The notes beneath the pieces were generated by a model. That model saw nothing but the letters and a program-made list of their open reading frames with translations, did not search any database and was not told where the DNA came from. A stretch of DNA of 32,000 nucleotides from Halalkalibacterium halodurans (GTDB lineage: Bacteria > Bacillota > Bacilli > Bacillales > Bacillaceae_D): contig NZ_SNUY01000019.1 in assembly GCF_004376175.1 (NCBI RefSeq), positions 25,697 through 57,696 on the forward strand, read 5' to 3'. Position numbers and translations under genes: made by a program. Position 1 is the first letter of the stretch. Each line of letters opens with the position of its first letter. This document shows, piece by piece, positions 7,442 to 17,381 of this stretch.

Positions 7442-7588
7442 TTGACACAGCCAGTAAACAAAGAATTAGAGCCTGTCTTTGACAAAGTGAAAGACCTATT
7501 GGAAGGATTAAAGTATGGATCTGTGACAATTGTCGTACAGAATGGAAAAGTGATTCAAATTGAAAAAAATGAAAAAGTCCGATTGTAG
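7442..7588 (+). CDS. yezD: YezD-family small protein (DUF2292), 48 aa; not in the ORF track
   Basis: TTG start with SD GGGAGG plus an 8-nt spacer. Translation: LTQPVNKELEPVFDKVKDLLEGLKYGSVTIVVQNGKVIQIEKNEKVRL*. The YGSV.I.VQ.GKV.QIE...K core is the DUF2292 signature as I recall it, and the family is typically linked to sulfur-assimilation genes. The 79-aa minus-strand track ORF at 7383-7622 is its antisense shadow. Confidence 0.7.
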   Translation: MTQPVNKELEPVFDKVKDLLEGLKYGSVTIVVQNGKVIQIEKNEKVRL

Positions 7589-7617
7589 CATGAGCGCTGA
7601 CTAGACAAACTAGAGGC

Positions 7618-7658
7618 GACACAAAATTGGTGAATAGGCCAGCTTTGTGTCTTTTTTT
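7618..7658 (+). terminator. Intrinsic terminator/attenuator between yezD and cysH
   Basis: GACACAAA (7618-7625) pairs with TTTGTGTC (7644-7651), followed by TTTTTTT (7652-7658). It sits inside the operon leader, 68 nt before the cysH ATG. Confidence 0.6.
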
Positions 7659-7726
7659 ACACCAATGCTGTCCCGATTTAGGCTGAAATAGTGAATCGAA
7701 AATCTACATATCAACAAGGAGGGATA

Positions 7727-8425
7727 ATGGTGGACCAATCAATCCAAGTGAATATAAACGAAGTCAATCAAGCCTTGGAGCGTAAAGATAGCCTCGATGT
7801 GATTAAGTGGGCGTACAAAACATATGGAGATAAGCTCGTGTACGCCTGTAGCATGGGGGCGGAAGGAATGGTTCTAATCGATCTTATTAGTAAAGTGAGG
7901 CCGGACGCTCCAGTCATTTTTCTCGATACAGATTTTCATTTTTCAGAAACATATGAATTGATTGAACGGGTCAAGGAGCGGTACCCGAAGCTTCAGCTGA
8001 AGTTAGTGAAGCCGGAACTTACACCTGAGGAGCAAGCAGAAACATACGGTGATCGCCTGTGGGAACGTCAACCAGACCTTTGCTGTAAGTTGCGGAAGCT
8101 CGTCCCGTTGGAGAAGGAACTTGCCCAATACGACGCATGGATGTCAGGGCTGCGCCGAGATCAATCACCGACTCGAAAAAATACTCAATTTGTGAATGAG
8201 GATCGCCGCTTTGGTTCAACGAAAATTTGTCCTTTAATCCATTGGACCAGTGAGGAAATTTGGATGTATATCGAGCTTCATCAATTACCGTATAATGACC
8301 TTCATGATAAGCAGTATCCAAGTATCGGCTGCGAGTATTGCACGCGTCCTGTAAAAGAAGGAGAAGATGAACGAGCAGGCCGCTGGTCCAACACATCAAA
8401 AACAGAGTGTGGATTGCACCAGTAA
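7727..8425 (+). CDS. cysH: Adenosine 5'-phosphosulfate/PAPS reductase CysH (Fe-S-cluster type)
   Basis: Contains the PAPS_reduct fold motifs, the cysteine pairs DLCCKLRK and GCEYCT, and the catalytic ECGLH C-terminus. ATG at 7727 follows SD AAGGAGGG. The track start at 7691 (GTG) adds 12 unsupported codons. Confidence 0.9.
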   Translation: MVDQSIQVNINEVNQALERKDSLDVIKWAYKTYGDKLVYACSMGAEGMVLIDLISKVRPDAPVIFLDTDFHFSETYELIERVKERYPKLQLKLVKPELTPEEQAETYGDRLWERQPDLCCKLRKLVPLEKELAQYDAWMSGLRRDQSPTRKNTQFVNEDRRFGSTKICPLIHWTSEEIWMYIELHQLPYNDLHDKQYPSIGCEYCTRPVKEGEDERAGRWSNTSKTECGLHQ

Positions 8426-8464
8426 TTTCTAAAAATAAAGAGTAAAAAGTGGAGGGGAATCATC

Positions 8465-9610
8465 ATGTCATTAAGTCAACCACATGGAGGAACGTTGGTC
8501 CAACGTTTTCATCCAGAAGCAAATGTAGAAAGTGTAGAAAAATCAATTGAGCTCGATGCCTTTTCATTGTCCGATTTGGAACTAATTGGAATAGGGGCGT
8601 TCAGCCCTTTGACAGGTTTTCTTACAGAGAAAGATTACAGATCAGTTGTTGAATCGATGCGACTTGAAAATGGGACGGTCTGGAGCATTCCAATTGCATT
8701 GCCTGTGACAGAAGAAAAAGCTGCCACCTTGTCCGTTGGGGATGTCGTCAAGCTTGATCATCAAGGCGAAACCTACGGCCTATTAACTATCGAGGATATT
8801 TACCAACCAGATAAAGAAGTGGAGGCTGAAAATGTTTACCGGACGACCGACCTTGCCCACCCTGGGGTGAAGAAGTTATTTGATCGTCCAAACGTCTATA
8901 TTGGTGGTCCAATTACGTTAACGAAACGGGTGGAGCGGACGAAATTCTCAAGTTACTATCTTGATCCAAAGGAAACGAGAGCCGTTTTTGCAGAAAAAGG
9001 CTGGAAACGTGTGGTCGGGTTCCAGACGAGAAACCCCGTGCACCGTGCCCACGAATATATTCAAAAAACAGCCCTTGAAATTGTGGACGGTCTTTTCTTA
9101 AACCCTCTTGTCGGGGAAACAAAAGCGGACGATATACCAGCTGATGTTCGAATGGAAAGCTACGAAGTATTGTTAGAAAAATATTATCCGCAAGACCGTG
9201 TATTTTTAGCGGTATTCCCTGCAGCGATGCGCTATGCTGGACCAAGGGAAGCGGTCTTCCACGCTCTTGTTCGCAAAAACTATGGCTGCACCCACTTTAT
9301 TGTAGGGCGTGACCATGCAGGAGTAGGCGATTATTACGGAACGTATGACGCGCAGCTTATTTTCCATCATTTCACAAGAGAAGAACTAGGCATTACACCG
9401 CTCTTTTTCGAACATAGCTTTTACTGCAAGGCATGCGGAAACATGGCTTCTACAAAAACTTGTCCACATGGTAAAGAGCATCACGTCATTTTATCTGGGA
9501 CGAAGGTTCGTGAAATGCTCGCAAACGGTGTGACACCACCGCCTGAATTTAGCCGCCCTGAGGTTGTGAACGTATTGATCAAAGGGATGCAAAAAAAAGT
9601 AGAAGTTTAA
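8465..9610 (+). CDS. sat: Sulfate adenylyltransferase (ATP sulfurylase)
   Basis: 381 aa. [15 protein letters not shown] and [11 protein letters not shown] are the ATP-sulfurylase signatures. SD GGAGGGG. Confidence 0.95.
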   Translation: MSLSQPHGGTLVQRFHPEANVESVEKSIELDAFSLSDLELIGIGAFSPLTGFLTEKDYRSVVESMRLENGTVWSIPIALPVTEEKAATLSVGDVVKLDHQGETYGLLTIEDIYQPDKEVEAENVYRTTDLAHPGVKKLFDRPNVYIGGPITLTKRVERTKFSSYYLDPKETRAVFAEKGWKRVVGFQTRNPVHRAHEYIQKTALEIVDGLFLNPLVGETKADDIPADVRMESYEVLLEKYYPQDRVFLAVFPAAMRYAGPREAVFHALVRKNYGCTHFIVGRDHAGVGDYYGTYDAQLIFHHFTREELGITPLFFEHSFYCKACGNMASTKTCPHGKEHHVILSGTKVREMLANGVTPPPEFSRPEVVNVLIKGMQKKVEV

Positions 9611-9629
9611 GATGAGAGGATGAGTACGA

Positions 9630-10706
9630 ATGCTGACTGTTGTAGCATTTGCCATTGCCTTCTTCTTCGCCATGAACATCGGGGCAAGTGGTACAGCCGC
9701 TGCCATGGGACCTGCTTACGGGAGCGGCGCCATAAAACGAAAAGTCGTTGCCATGCTACTCGTCGGCATTTGCGCCTTTATCGGTGCCCTCTCAGGAGGA
9801 GAAGTGGTAAAAACGATTGGTAGCGGCATTATTCCTAGCGACATCGTCCAAATTGAAACGGTCATTGTCATGCTAGGTGCCGCTTGCTTAAGCTTGTTTA
9901 TTGCGAATATATTAGGTATTCCCCTATCCACAAGTGAGGTTGTCGTTGGAGCGATTGTCGGGGTCGGTATTGCCTATCAATCTCTTTATTTTGAGAAATT
10001 ACTCATCATCGTTTCCTTTTGGGTGATCGTGCCGATTGTAGCTTTCGCCCTCTCCCTTGTGTCAGGCTTTTTAATTAAACGCGCCGAAAAAAAGTGGCCG
10101 TTTTTAAGAGGAAAGGGGAAATGGCGGAAGTGGCTTGTCATCCTTCTCATCCTTAGCGGTTGTATGGAAGCGTTCGCCGCTGGAATGAACAATGTCGCAA
10201 ATGCGGTCGGTCCTCTCGTAGGAGCAGGTTTGATTGGGATTGAGCTTGCTGTTGTTGTAGGTGGCGCCTTCGTCGCTCTCGGAGCATTGCTTTTAGGTGG
10301 AAGGGTACTCGAAACGAACGGAAAAAAGATTACCCGCTTATCATTGCTTCAAGGAAGCGCAGTATCGATCACAGGTGGGGGTCTTGTCATTATCGCTTCG
10401 ATTTTCGGCTTGCCTGTCCCATTAACACAAGTAACGACCTCAGCCATTGTCGGGGTCGGTACGGCGGATAATGGCTTTAAGCTCTGGCAGAAAAACATCA
10501 TTAAACAAATTATAAAAGTTTGGATTGTTTCGCCCATCTTTTCTCTCGTGCTTTCGTACGGATTTGTCCTCTTATTTTTGCAGGCAGATCTATATACATT
10601 TTTCGTCATTGTTAGTGTGTTTATTGCTACCGTTGGTACGTTTAGCTTGATTCATACAGTTCGCCAAGAGAAGCGTACGACTCACGATCAAGGTGGCGGC
10701 ATCTGA
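9630..10706 (+). CDS. cysP: PiT-family permease, sulfate permease CysP type
   Basis: Polytopic protein with the PiT signatures (FFFAMNIGASGTAAAMGPAYGSGA and a second-half repeat GMNNVANAVGPL). Its position in the cys operon matches B. subtilis CysP (YlnA). Confidence 0.85.
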   Translation: MLTVVAFAIAFFFAMNIGASGTAAAMGPAYGSGAIKRKVVAMLLVGICAFIGALSGGEVVKTIGSGIIPSDIVQIETVIVMLGAACLSLFIANILGIPLSTSEVVVGAIVGVGIAYQSLYFEKLLIIVSFWVIVPIVAFALSLVSGFLIKRAEKKWPFLRGKGKWRKWLVILLILSGCMEAFAAGMNNVANAVGPLVGAGLIGIELAVVVGGAFVALGALLLGGRVLETNGKKITRLSLLQGSAVSITGGGLVIIASIFGLPVPLTQVTTSAIVGVGTADNGFKLWQKNIIKQIIKVWIVSPIFSLVLSYGFVLLFLQADLYTFFVIVSVFIATVGTFSLIHTVRQEKRTTHDQGGGI

Positions 10707-10822
10707 AAGGGTTAGGAAATGAATAAGGTGAAAGAGGGCTAACAGCGACAGCTTACCATTGTTTAACTTTAAAACATAGTAAACAGATATGAATTTGAAG
10801 AAAATAAAGGAGTGGAGAAATA

Positions 10823-11431
10823 ATGGGAACGTCCAATCAGCCGCACATTGTGTGGCATGAAGCGAGTGTGTCTAAAGAAGAACGGCAAAAGCGAAATCGT
10901 CTAAAAAGTTGTGTTGTTTGGTTCACTGGTCTTTCTGGTTCGGGGAAATCCACGCTTGCCAATGCCTTAGATCGAAAGCTTTTTGAAGAAGGGATTCATA
11001 GTTATGTATTAGACGGGGATAACATTCGTCACGGTTTGAATGCGGGACTAGGCTTTAGTGAAGAGGATCGGAAGGAGAACATTCGCCGGATTGGAGAAGT
11101 GGCTAAATTGTTCGTGGACGCAGGAGTTGTCACATCAACCGCCTTCATTTCACCATTTCGCGAAGATCGTGACAAAGTTCGAGGGATTTTAGATGATGGA
11201 GAATTCATTGAGGTGTATGTGCGCTGTCCGCTCGAAACTTGTGAAAAACGTGATCCGAAAGGGCTCTATAAGAAAGCTAGAAGTGGTGCTATTCCGGAAT
11301 TTACTGGTATCAGCTCACCGTATGAAGAGCCAGTCAATCCAGAACTGATCATTGATACGGATCAGTTAACGGTCGAGGAAGCGGTTGAGAAAATATATGC
11401 CTATCTACATGCACAAGAAAGTGGAAAATAA
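10823..11431 (+). CDS. cysC: Adenylylsulfate (APS) kinase
   Basis: P-loop [12 protein letters not shown], then [32 protein letters not shown]....TAFISPF. SD AAGGAG. Confidence 0.95.
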   Translation: MGTSNQPHIVWHEASVSKEERQKRNRLKSCVVWFTGLSGSGKSTLANALDRKLFEEGIHSYVLDGDNIRHGLNAGLGFSEEDRKENIRRIGEVAKLFVDAGVVTSTAFISPFREDRDKVRGILDDGEFIEVYVRCPLETCEKRDPKGLYKKARSGAIPEFTGISSPYEEPVNPELIIDTDQLTVEEAVEKIYAYLHAQESGK

Positions 11432-11527
11432 CGCTTAAGTAGGGATATAAGGATTATGCTCTTAGCATAGCTTTACATTGCCCGAAAATAACGCATGAAA
11501 GAAGAAATGGGTTTATGATTATGTATC

Positions 11528-11556
11528 AAAAGAAGAGGAAGAAGCCTCTTCTTTTT
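11528..11556. terminator. Bidirectional rho-independent terminator between cysC and the subtilase gene
   Basis: AAAAGAAGAGG (11528-11538) pairs with CCTCTTCTTTT (11545-11555). A-runs and T-runs flank both sides, so the hairpin can terminate transcription in both directions. Confidence 0.8.
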
Positions 11557-11571
11557 GATTTGGTCGACGTG

Positions 11572-13344
11572 TTATGAGGTACGAATGGCTTTTAACGCGG
11601 CCTCGATGTCGATTTCACCATGTCCGTAGTACACATCGTGTCCTTTTGGACCGAGATCCTTCGCGGTCTCCTTCATAATGTCCATCACCTCTTGGTTGCT
11701 AAGATCGGGCCGTAAGCTGCGGATTAGCCCAGCAAGACCTGCAGCGTGGGGAGAAGCCATAGAGGTCCCAGACATGACGGTATACTGGTTGTCAGGGAAG
11801 AGACTAGGGATGTGCTCCCCTGGTGCTGTGACATCGATATGCTTTCCGAAGTTTGAAAAGAATGCTCGGTTCCTCGTATCATCGACAGCAGCCACGGTTA
11901 GAACTTCTTCGTAGATTGCTGGATAAAGGGGGTCTTCCACATTGTCATTTCCTGAGGCTGCAATTAAGACGACATCGTGATCATAGGCATATTTGACGGC
12001 GTCACGCAATGCATCAGAATGATAATAGTCCCCCAAGCTCATATTGATGACCTTCGCTCCATGATCTGTTGCCCAATAGATCCCCTTTGCTACTTCAAAT
12101 GAACTTCCTTCCCCGTTATCATTCAGTACTTTCACTGGTAAGATTTCGCTTTTCCATGAAATGCCTGCAATCCCCGTAACGTTGTTCGTCACAGCCGCGG
12201 CTACCCCTGCGACGTGAGTACCGTGTCCGTGCTTATCCGCAAAGTTATCATTTCCTTCTACAGCATTGTATCCATTGACAATTTTATCTTTAATGTCAGG
12301 ATGATTCGGGTCTACCCCTGTATCGAGAATCGCGATTTTTACGTTTTCTCCGCTAGCCAGTGACCAGCCTTCTTCAATGTCTATTTGCTGTAAATTCCAT
12401 TGATATTCTTTAAAAAACTCATCGTTCGGAGTGACTGGAGTCTGTATTTGCTTTGTGAAGCGATAGTTAGGCTCTGCAAAGTCCAAGTCATAATCACGTG
12501 ACAATGCCTCTACTATTTCAACTGTCGTTTGATTTGGTGACTCAATGACGAAGAATGGAGGTGCTTCCTCTACTACTCGATAAGGATTGGTGGCGAACCA
12601 TGCAGCTGGGTCACGGTTTGGTTTAAACCGGATAACGGCCTGATGCTCATGGTAGGCGGGACCTTCCTCTTCTTGTCCTTCAGATTGGACGTGAATATCC
12701 CAGCCAAGTTCCGGCACAGTTTCTGATGTAAGCTGTGTCGCCCGTTCATCTTGGTCTTGCCAACTCACATCGGGGTTGTCACCACCGATGAAAAAATTTC
12801 CATTCGTATCAGCGACAGCGGCAATATCCTTGACATACTTTTTCACAAACTCAAGGTTCAATTCACCGATCAATAGGCGGCCGTCGTCTGTTGTTTCACC
12901 GATGAGCATATAGGTGCTGTCATCCACATTGTAAGGGTCCGAGTAACGTTGATTGTGATGCACATGGGTAAGAGCTTTAACATCATCACGGTGAAGGGTA
13001 CCGACTTTCTGTGTAATCTTGTTCGCTTCAGCGATGGCAAATCCTTGCATGTGAGGGTGCTCGTCAATTTGTTGCCGGAACTCATCCTTTATCGTCGGAT
13101 CTTCTTCTAATTGCTCGGACCACCTCTGCAATTGTTCCGCCATTTGCTTAATAAACATCGACGTCGTGAGGGATAAATCTTCTGCTAGAAGATGATCCAT
13201 CGCTTCTGTTTCTAACGTTTTTGGGATCTCCTTCGTTTGAATGAGTGCTTGATCTTGGTCCCTCACATGGCCAATTGCTACGATAAACAAAAGAGCGAGG
13301 ACGCCGATGACGATCACGAGAGTTTTCATTGTCTTCATGTTCAT
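11572..13344 (-). CDS. Membrane-anchored S8 (subtilisin-family) serine peptidase with an N-terminal Cache-like extracytoplasmic domain and a propeptide-like segment
   Basis: Catalytic triad motifs: ILDTGVD (Asp), HGHGTHVAG (His), SGTSMASPH (Ser). N-terminal TM helix: TLVIVIGVLALLFIVAI. Residues about 40-225 look Cache/PAS-like (RYSDPYNVDDSTYMLIGE..DGRLLIGELNLEFVKKYVKDI...NGNFFIGGDN....ELGWDIHV). Residues about 235-300 look I9-propeptide-like (...DLDFAEPNYRF). The start may be the third codon (ATG 13338), which has better SD spacing. Confidence 0.85.
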   Translation of the reverse strand: MNMKTMKTLVIVIGVLALLFIVAIGHVRDQDQALIQTKEIPKTLETEAMDHLLAEDLSLTTSMFIKQMAEQLQRWSEQLEEDPTIKDEFRQQIDEHPHMQGFAIAEANKITQKVGTLHRDDVKALTHVHHNQRYSDPYNVDDSTYMLIGETTDDGRLLIGELNLEFVKKYVKDIAAVADTNGNFFIGGDNPDVSWQDQDERATQLTSETVPELGWDIHVQSEGQEEEGPAYHEHQAVIRFKPNRDPAAWFATNPYRVVEEAPPFFVIESPNQTTVEIVEALSRDYDLDFAEPNYRFTKQIQTPVTPNDEFFKEYQWNLQQIDIEEGWSLASGENVKIAILDTGVDPNHPDIKDKIVNGYNAVEGNDNFADKHGHGTHVAGVAAAVTNNVTGIAGISWKSEILPVKVLNDNGEGSSFEVAKGIYWATDHGAKVINMSLGDYYHSDALRDAVKYAYDHDVVLIAASGNDNVEDPLYPAIYEEVLTVAAVDDTRNRAFFSNFGKHIDVTAPGEHIPSLFPDNQYTVMSGTSMASPHAAGLAGLIRSLRPDLSNQEVMDIMKETAKDLGPKGHDVYYGHGEIDIEAALKAIRTS

Positions 13345-15067
<1,723 letters not shown>

Positions 15068-15300
15068 CGTATCCCTACTTTCGCAAGTGTGGTAAGTGCT
15101 GTTAGTTTGTCTCGTGGGCAGGGAAGTATGCTTATCCTTTTTGAAATAGGAAAGCCGTACAGTTACCCACTAAAAACGTAGCAACCAACTACGATGAAGT
15201 GAATCAAGGTGAGCATGTCCACTGATGATCACTAATCGTAAGTGAAAACTTACTTTACTGCCAAGCATAATGCGAAAGCGATCTAACGATGTATAAGGGC

Positions 15301-15333
15301 AAAAAATAGCCTTAGTGCCGATGTGGCACTAAG
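15301..15333 (-). terminator. Rho-independent terminator of tnrA
   Basis: CTTAGTGCC (15311-15319) pairs with GGCACTAAG (15325-15333). The minus-strand transcript continues with UUUUUU (complement of the A-run at 15301-15306). The stem begins 1 nt after the tnrA stop. Confidence 0.8.
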
Positions 15334-15334
15334 A

Positions 15335-15637
15335 CTATTTGCGAAGGTTGAACGCTGCGTTAAGCTGTCCTCGCAACATGCGATCCCGAACTTCTTTTTT
15401 TCGCAACTGCTTTTGCTCCATTTTTCGTATTTCAAATGTTTGCATACCGTCTTCCATTTTGTTCGCAATGTCTATTAAACGTTCGACATCTAAAAAAGAG
15501 TATTTGCGCGTACCTCCGGGCGTTCGCTCAGGAAACACAAGTTTGCGCTCCTCGTAGTAACGAATTTTCCGTTCAGTCAACCCGGTTAACTCACTCACCA
15601 TCCCAATTGTAATCACTTTTTTATCTTTATAAGACAC
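15335..15637 (-). CDS. tnrA: Nitrogen regulator TnrA (MerR family)
   Basis: [67 protein letters not shown]......[11 protein letters not shown] is collinear with my recollection of B. subtilis TnrA ([64 protein letters not shown]...KMLEGQLNAHF). GTG start at 15637 has SD GAGGGG plus 9 nt. The track start at 15715 adds 26 unsupported codons. Confidence 0.9.
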   Translation of the reverse strand: MSYKDKKVITIGMVSELTGLTERKIRYYEERKLVFPERTPGGTRKYSFLDVERLIDIANKMEDGMQTFEIRKMEQKQLRKKEVRDRMLRGQLNAAFNLRK

Positions 15638-15694
15638 GTGATTCAACCCCTCATTAGCGTCTTGTTCAAAATGTTCTGACCTTTGTTGATTTTT

Positions 15695-15723
15695 ACTATA
15701 GCATAAGTGGAACAAGAGGAACA
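15695..15723 (-). promoter_or_regulatory. Candidate activator-dependent promoter of tnrA
   Basis: Read on the minus strand: weak -35 TGTTCC (15723-15718), 17-nt spacer, extended -10 TGcTATAGT (-10 at 15700-15695). Confidence 0.35.
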
Positions 15724-15730
15724 GAGGGTA

Positions 15731-15747
15731 TGTTAGATTTTCTTACA
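15731..15747. promoter_or_regulatory. TnrA/GlnR box (TGTNA-N7-TNACA), perfect match
   Basis: TGTTAGATTTTCTTACA, which reads TGTAAGAAAATCTAACA on the other strand. It lies in the divergent tnrA / cobA-hemD intergenic region. Confidence 0.7.
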
Positions 15748-15753
15748 AATAAA

Positions 15754-15782
15754 TTGGAACGCACATGTCGGTCGTGTAAGAT
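15754..15782 (+). promoter_or_regulatory. Candidate promoter of the siroheme operon (cobA-hemD, sirB, sirC)
   Basis: TTGGAA (15754-15759), 17-nt spacer, TAAGAT (15777-15782). An overlapping TATAAT at 15782-15787 is an alternative -10. Confidence 0.35.
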
Positions 15783-15912
15783 ATAATTAATAGCCCTTGG
15801 ACATAAACGGAATGAAAAAGGGGAAGATGAAAAAAGATTTTTATGATAGGATATTGTTTATAAAACAGATATAAAAACTCGGAAATAACTTTGATGGGTG
15901 GGAGAAATCGCG

Positions 15913-17370
15913 ATGAACAAACAAGGAAAAGTTTACTTAGTAGGAGCGGGACCTGGTGATCTTCGCCTTATGACATTAAAAGGAAAAGATTGTTTACAAA
16001 AGGCCGATGTCGTACTGTATGACCGTTTAGTGAATCCGCTCTTTTTAGAGTGGACAAAACCCGAAGCGGAATTGATCTATTGCGGAAAACTACCAGACCG
16101 CCATTTGCTTAGGCAGGAAGCGATTAATGAACTGTTAATTGAAAAGGGACGCCAAGGAAAAGTCGTCGTTCGCTTAAAAGGGGGAGACCCGAGCGTATTC
16201 GGACGAGTTGGAGAGGAAGCAGATGTGCTAAAAGAAGCAGGTTTGCCGTATGAGATCGTTCCTGGGATAACCGCAGGAATTGGCGCTTCTACCTATGCTG
16301 GAGTTCCCGTGACTCATCGGGATTATGGGGCTTCCTTTACGGTTGTAACCGGCCACGATAAATCGCCATCTGGACAACCGCTCATCGATTGGCATGCATT
16401 AGCTAACGGTATTGATACGATCGCTTTTTACATGGGGGTAAGCAACCTTCCGTACATCACGGAACAGCTTATCGCCCACGGAAGGGATCTAGAAACGTGT
16501 GTTCTATTAATCCAATGGGGAACGATCGGGAAGCAACGTGTCGTCGAAGGACGTTTAAATACAATTGTTTCAAGGGTAAAGGAGGAAGGTATCACAAACC
16601 CGGCCATTACTCTAGTCGGTAATATCGGAAAATTACGAACAGAGAAAAGTTGGTTTGAGTCGCAGCGTCTTTTTGGCCATCAAGTGTTGATCGGGAGGAC
16701 GACTGCAGAGGAAGGCGGGCTAGCGAAAACTCTTATGGAGGCAGGAGCCGAAGTGTTCGAATTTCCACGTTGGCATGTAACATCGAAACCATGGGGAGTA
16801 ACCCCTAATGAGGTGCAAGAGGCGGATCACCTCGTTTTCACTTCACCCCATAGTGTCCACTTTTTCTTTGAAAGCTTAACTGAACAAAGCATTGACATTC
16901 GGCACATTCGCGGCTCCTTTTTTGCAGCCTCAAAAAAATCGCTTAAAATCATTCGTTCTTTTGCCTGTACTGCGGCCCTCTTGCAAGAGTTGCCTGCTGG
17001 AGGGAAAACGATCATTTTCGGTGATGAAGAAAATGAAATGAAGCGAAAATACTCGTTCGAAGGGGCAAGCTATGTCTCGACACATCAAAAGGCATTGGTC
17101 CCTCAATCGCTTCGAACCTGTAGGCGGTTGCTTGATGAAGGACGAATTGAAACGCTTGTGTTTCCGAGTGCCGCTTCTGTCAATGCCGTAATAGACGGGC
17201 TAGAGCAATGCGGGGAATCCGTTGGGACGTTATCGCAAGCTAAAACGGTTATTACGTTCGGACCGGAGTCCTCAAAAGCGGCGAAAGAAGCAGGATTTCA
17301 AGTGGACATTCAATTAGAAGCTCCTTCTGCTCAATTGCTAATTGAAACGTTGGAAGCGGTAAGAGTATAG
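15913..17370 (+). CDS. cobA: Bifunctional uroporphyrinogen-III C-methyltransferase (CobA/SumT) fused to uroporphyrinogen-III synthase (HemD)
   Basis: N-terminal half carries GKVYLVGAGPGD..L.TLKG...L..ADVVLYDRL, RLKGGDP.VFGR..EE, and VPGITA..GA..YAGIP.THR (SUMT signatures). The C-terminal ~230 aa is HemD-like (VLIGRT....GLAKTL.EAGAEV.EFP; LVFTSPHSV.FF; LVFPSAASVNAV; ITFGPESSKAAKEAGF). ATG at 15913 has SD GGGAG plus 8 nt. Confidence 0.85.
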   Translation: MNKQGKVYLVGAGPGDLRLMTLKGKDCLQKADVVLYDRLVNPLFLEWTKPEAELIYCGKLPDRHLLRQEAINELLIEKGRQGKVVVRLKGGDPSVFGRVGEEADVLKEAGLPYEIVPGITAGIGASTYAGVPVTHRDYGASFTVVTGHDKSPSGQPLIDWHALANGIDTIAFYMGVSNLPYITEQLIAHGRDLETCVLLIQWGTIGKQRVVEGRLNTIVSRVKEEGITNPAITLVGNIGKLRTEKSWFESQRLFGHQVLIGRTTAEEGGLAKTLMEAGAEVFEFPRWHVTSKPWGVTPNEVQEADHLVFTSPHSVHFFFESLTEQSIDIRHIRGSFFAASKKSLKIIRSFACTAALLQELPAGGKTIIFGDEENEMKRKYSFEGASYVSTHQKALVPQSLRTCRRLLDEGRIETLVFPSAASVNAVIDGLEQCGESVGTLSQAKTVITFGPESSKAAKEAGFQVDIQLEAPSAQLLIETLEAVRV

Positions 17371-17381
17371 GGGGTGTTTCA

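Noticed and set aside
7383-7622. 79-aa minus-strand ORF in the cysH leader
   Set aside because: It is the antisense shadow of the + strand yezD ORF, which has its own promoter, SD and family-like sequence. The minus ORF has no SD and a low-complexity, hydrophobic composition that does not look protein-like.
8019-8399. 126-aa minus-strand ORF inside cysH, and similar internal antisense ORFs (for example 1106-1342, 1576-1881, 8913-9245, 9986-10192, 10349-10609, 14232-14423, 14847-15095, 21322-21606, 24506-24808, 28777-29073, 29543-29997)
   Set aside because: Each lies wholly within a confidently assigned gene on the opposite strand or in another frame. None has SD support or family resemblance.
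15638-15715. 26-codon N-terminal extension of tnrA ([26 protein letters not shown])
   Set aside because: The homolog alignment starts at SYKDKKV. GTG at 15637 has SD GAGGGG with a 9-nt spacer. The extension would also begin upstream of the predicted TSS at about 15688, running through the predicted -10 element (15695-15700).
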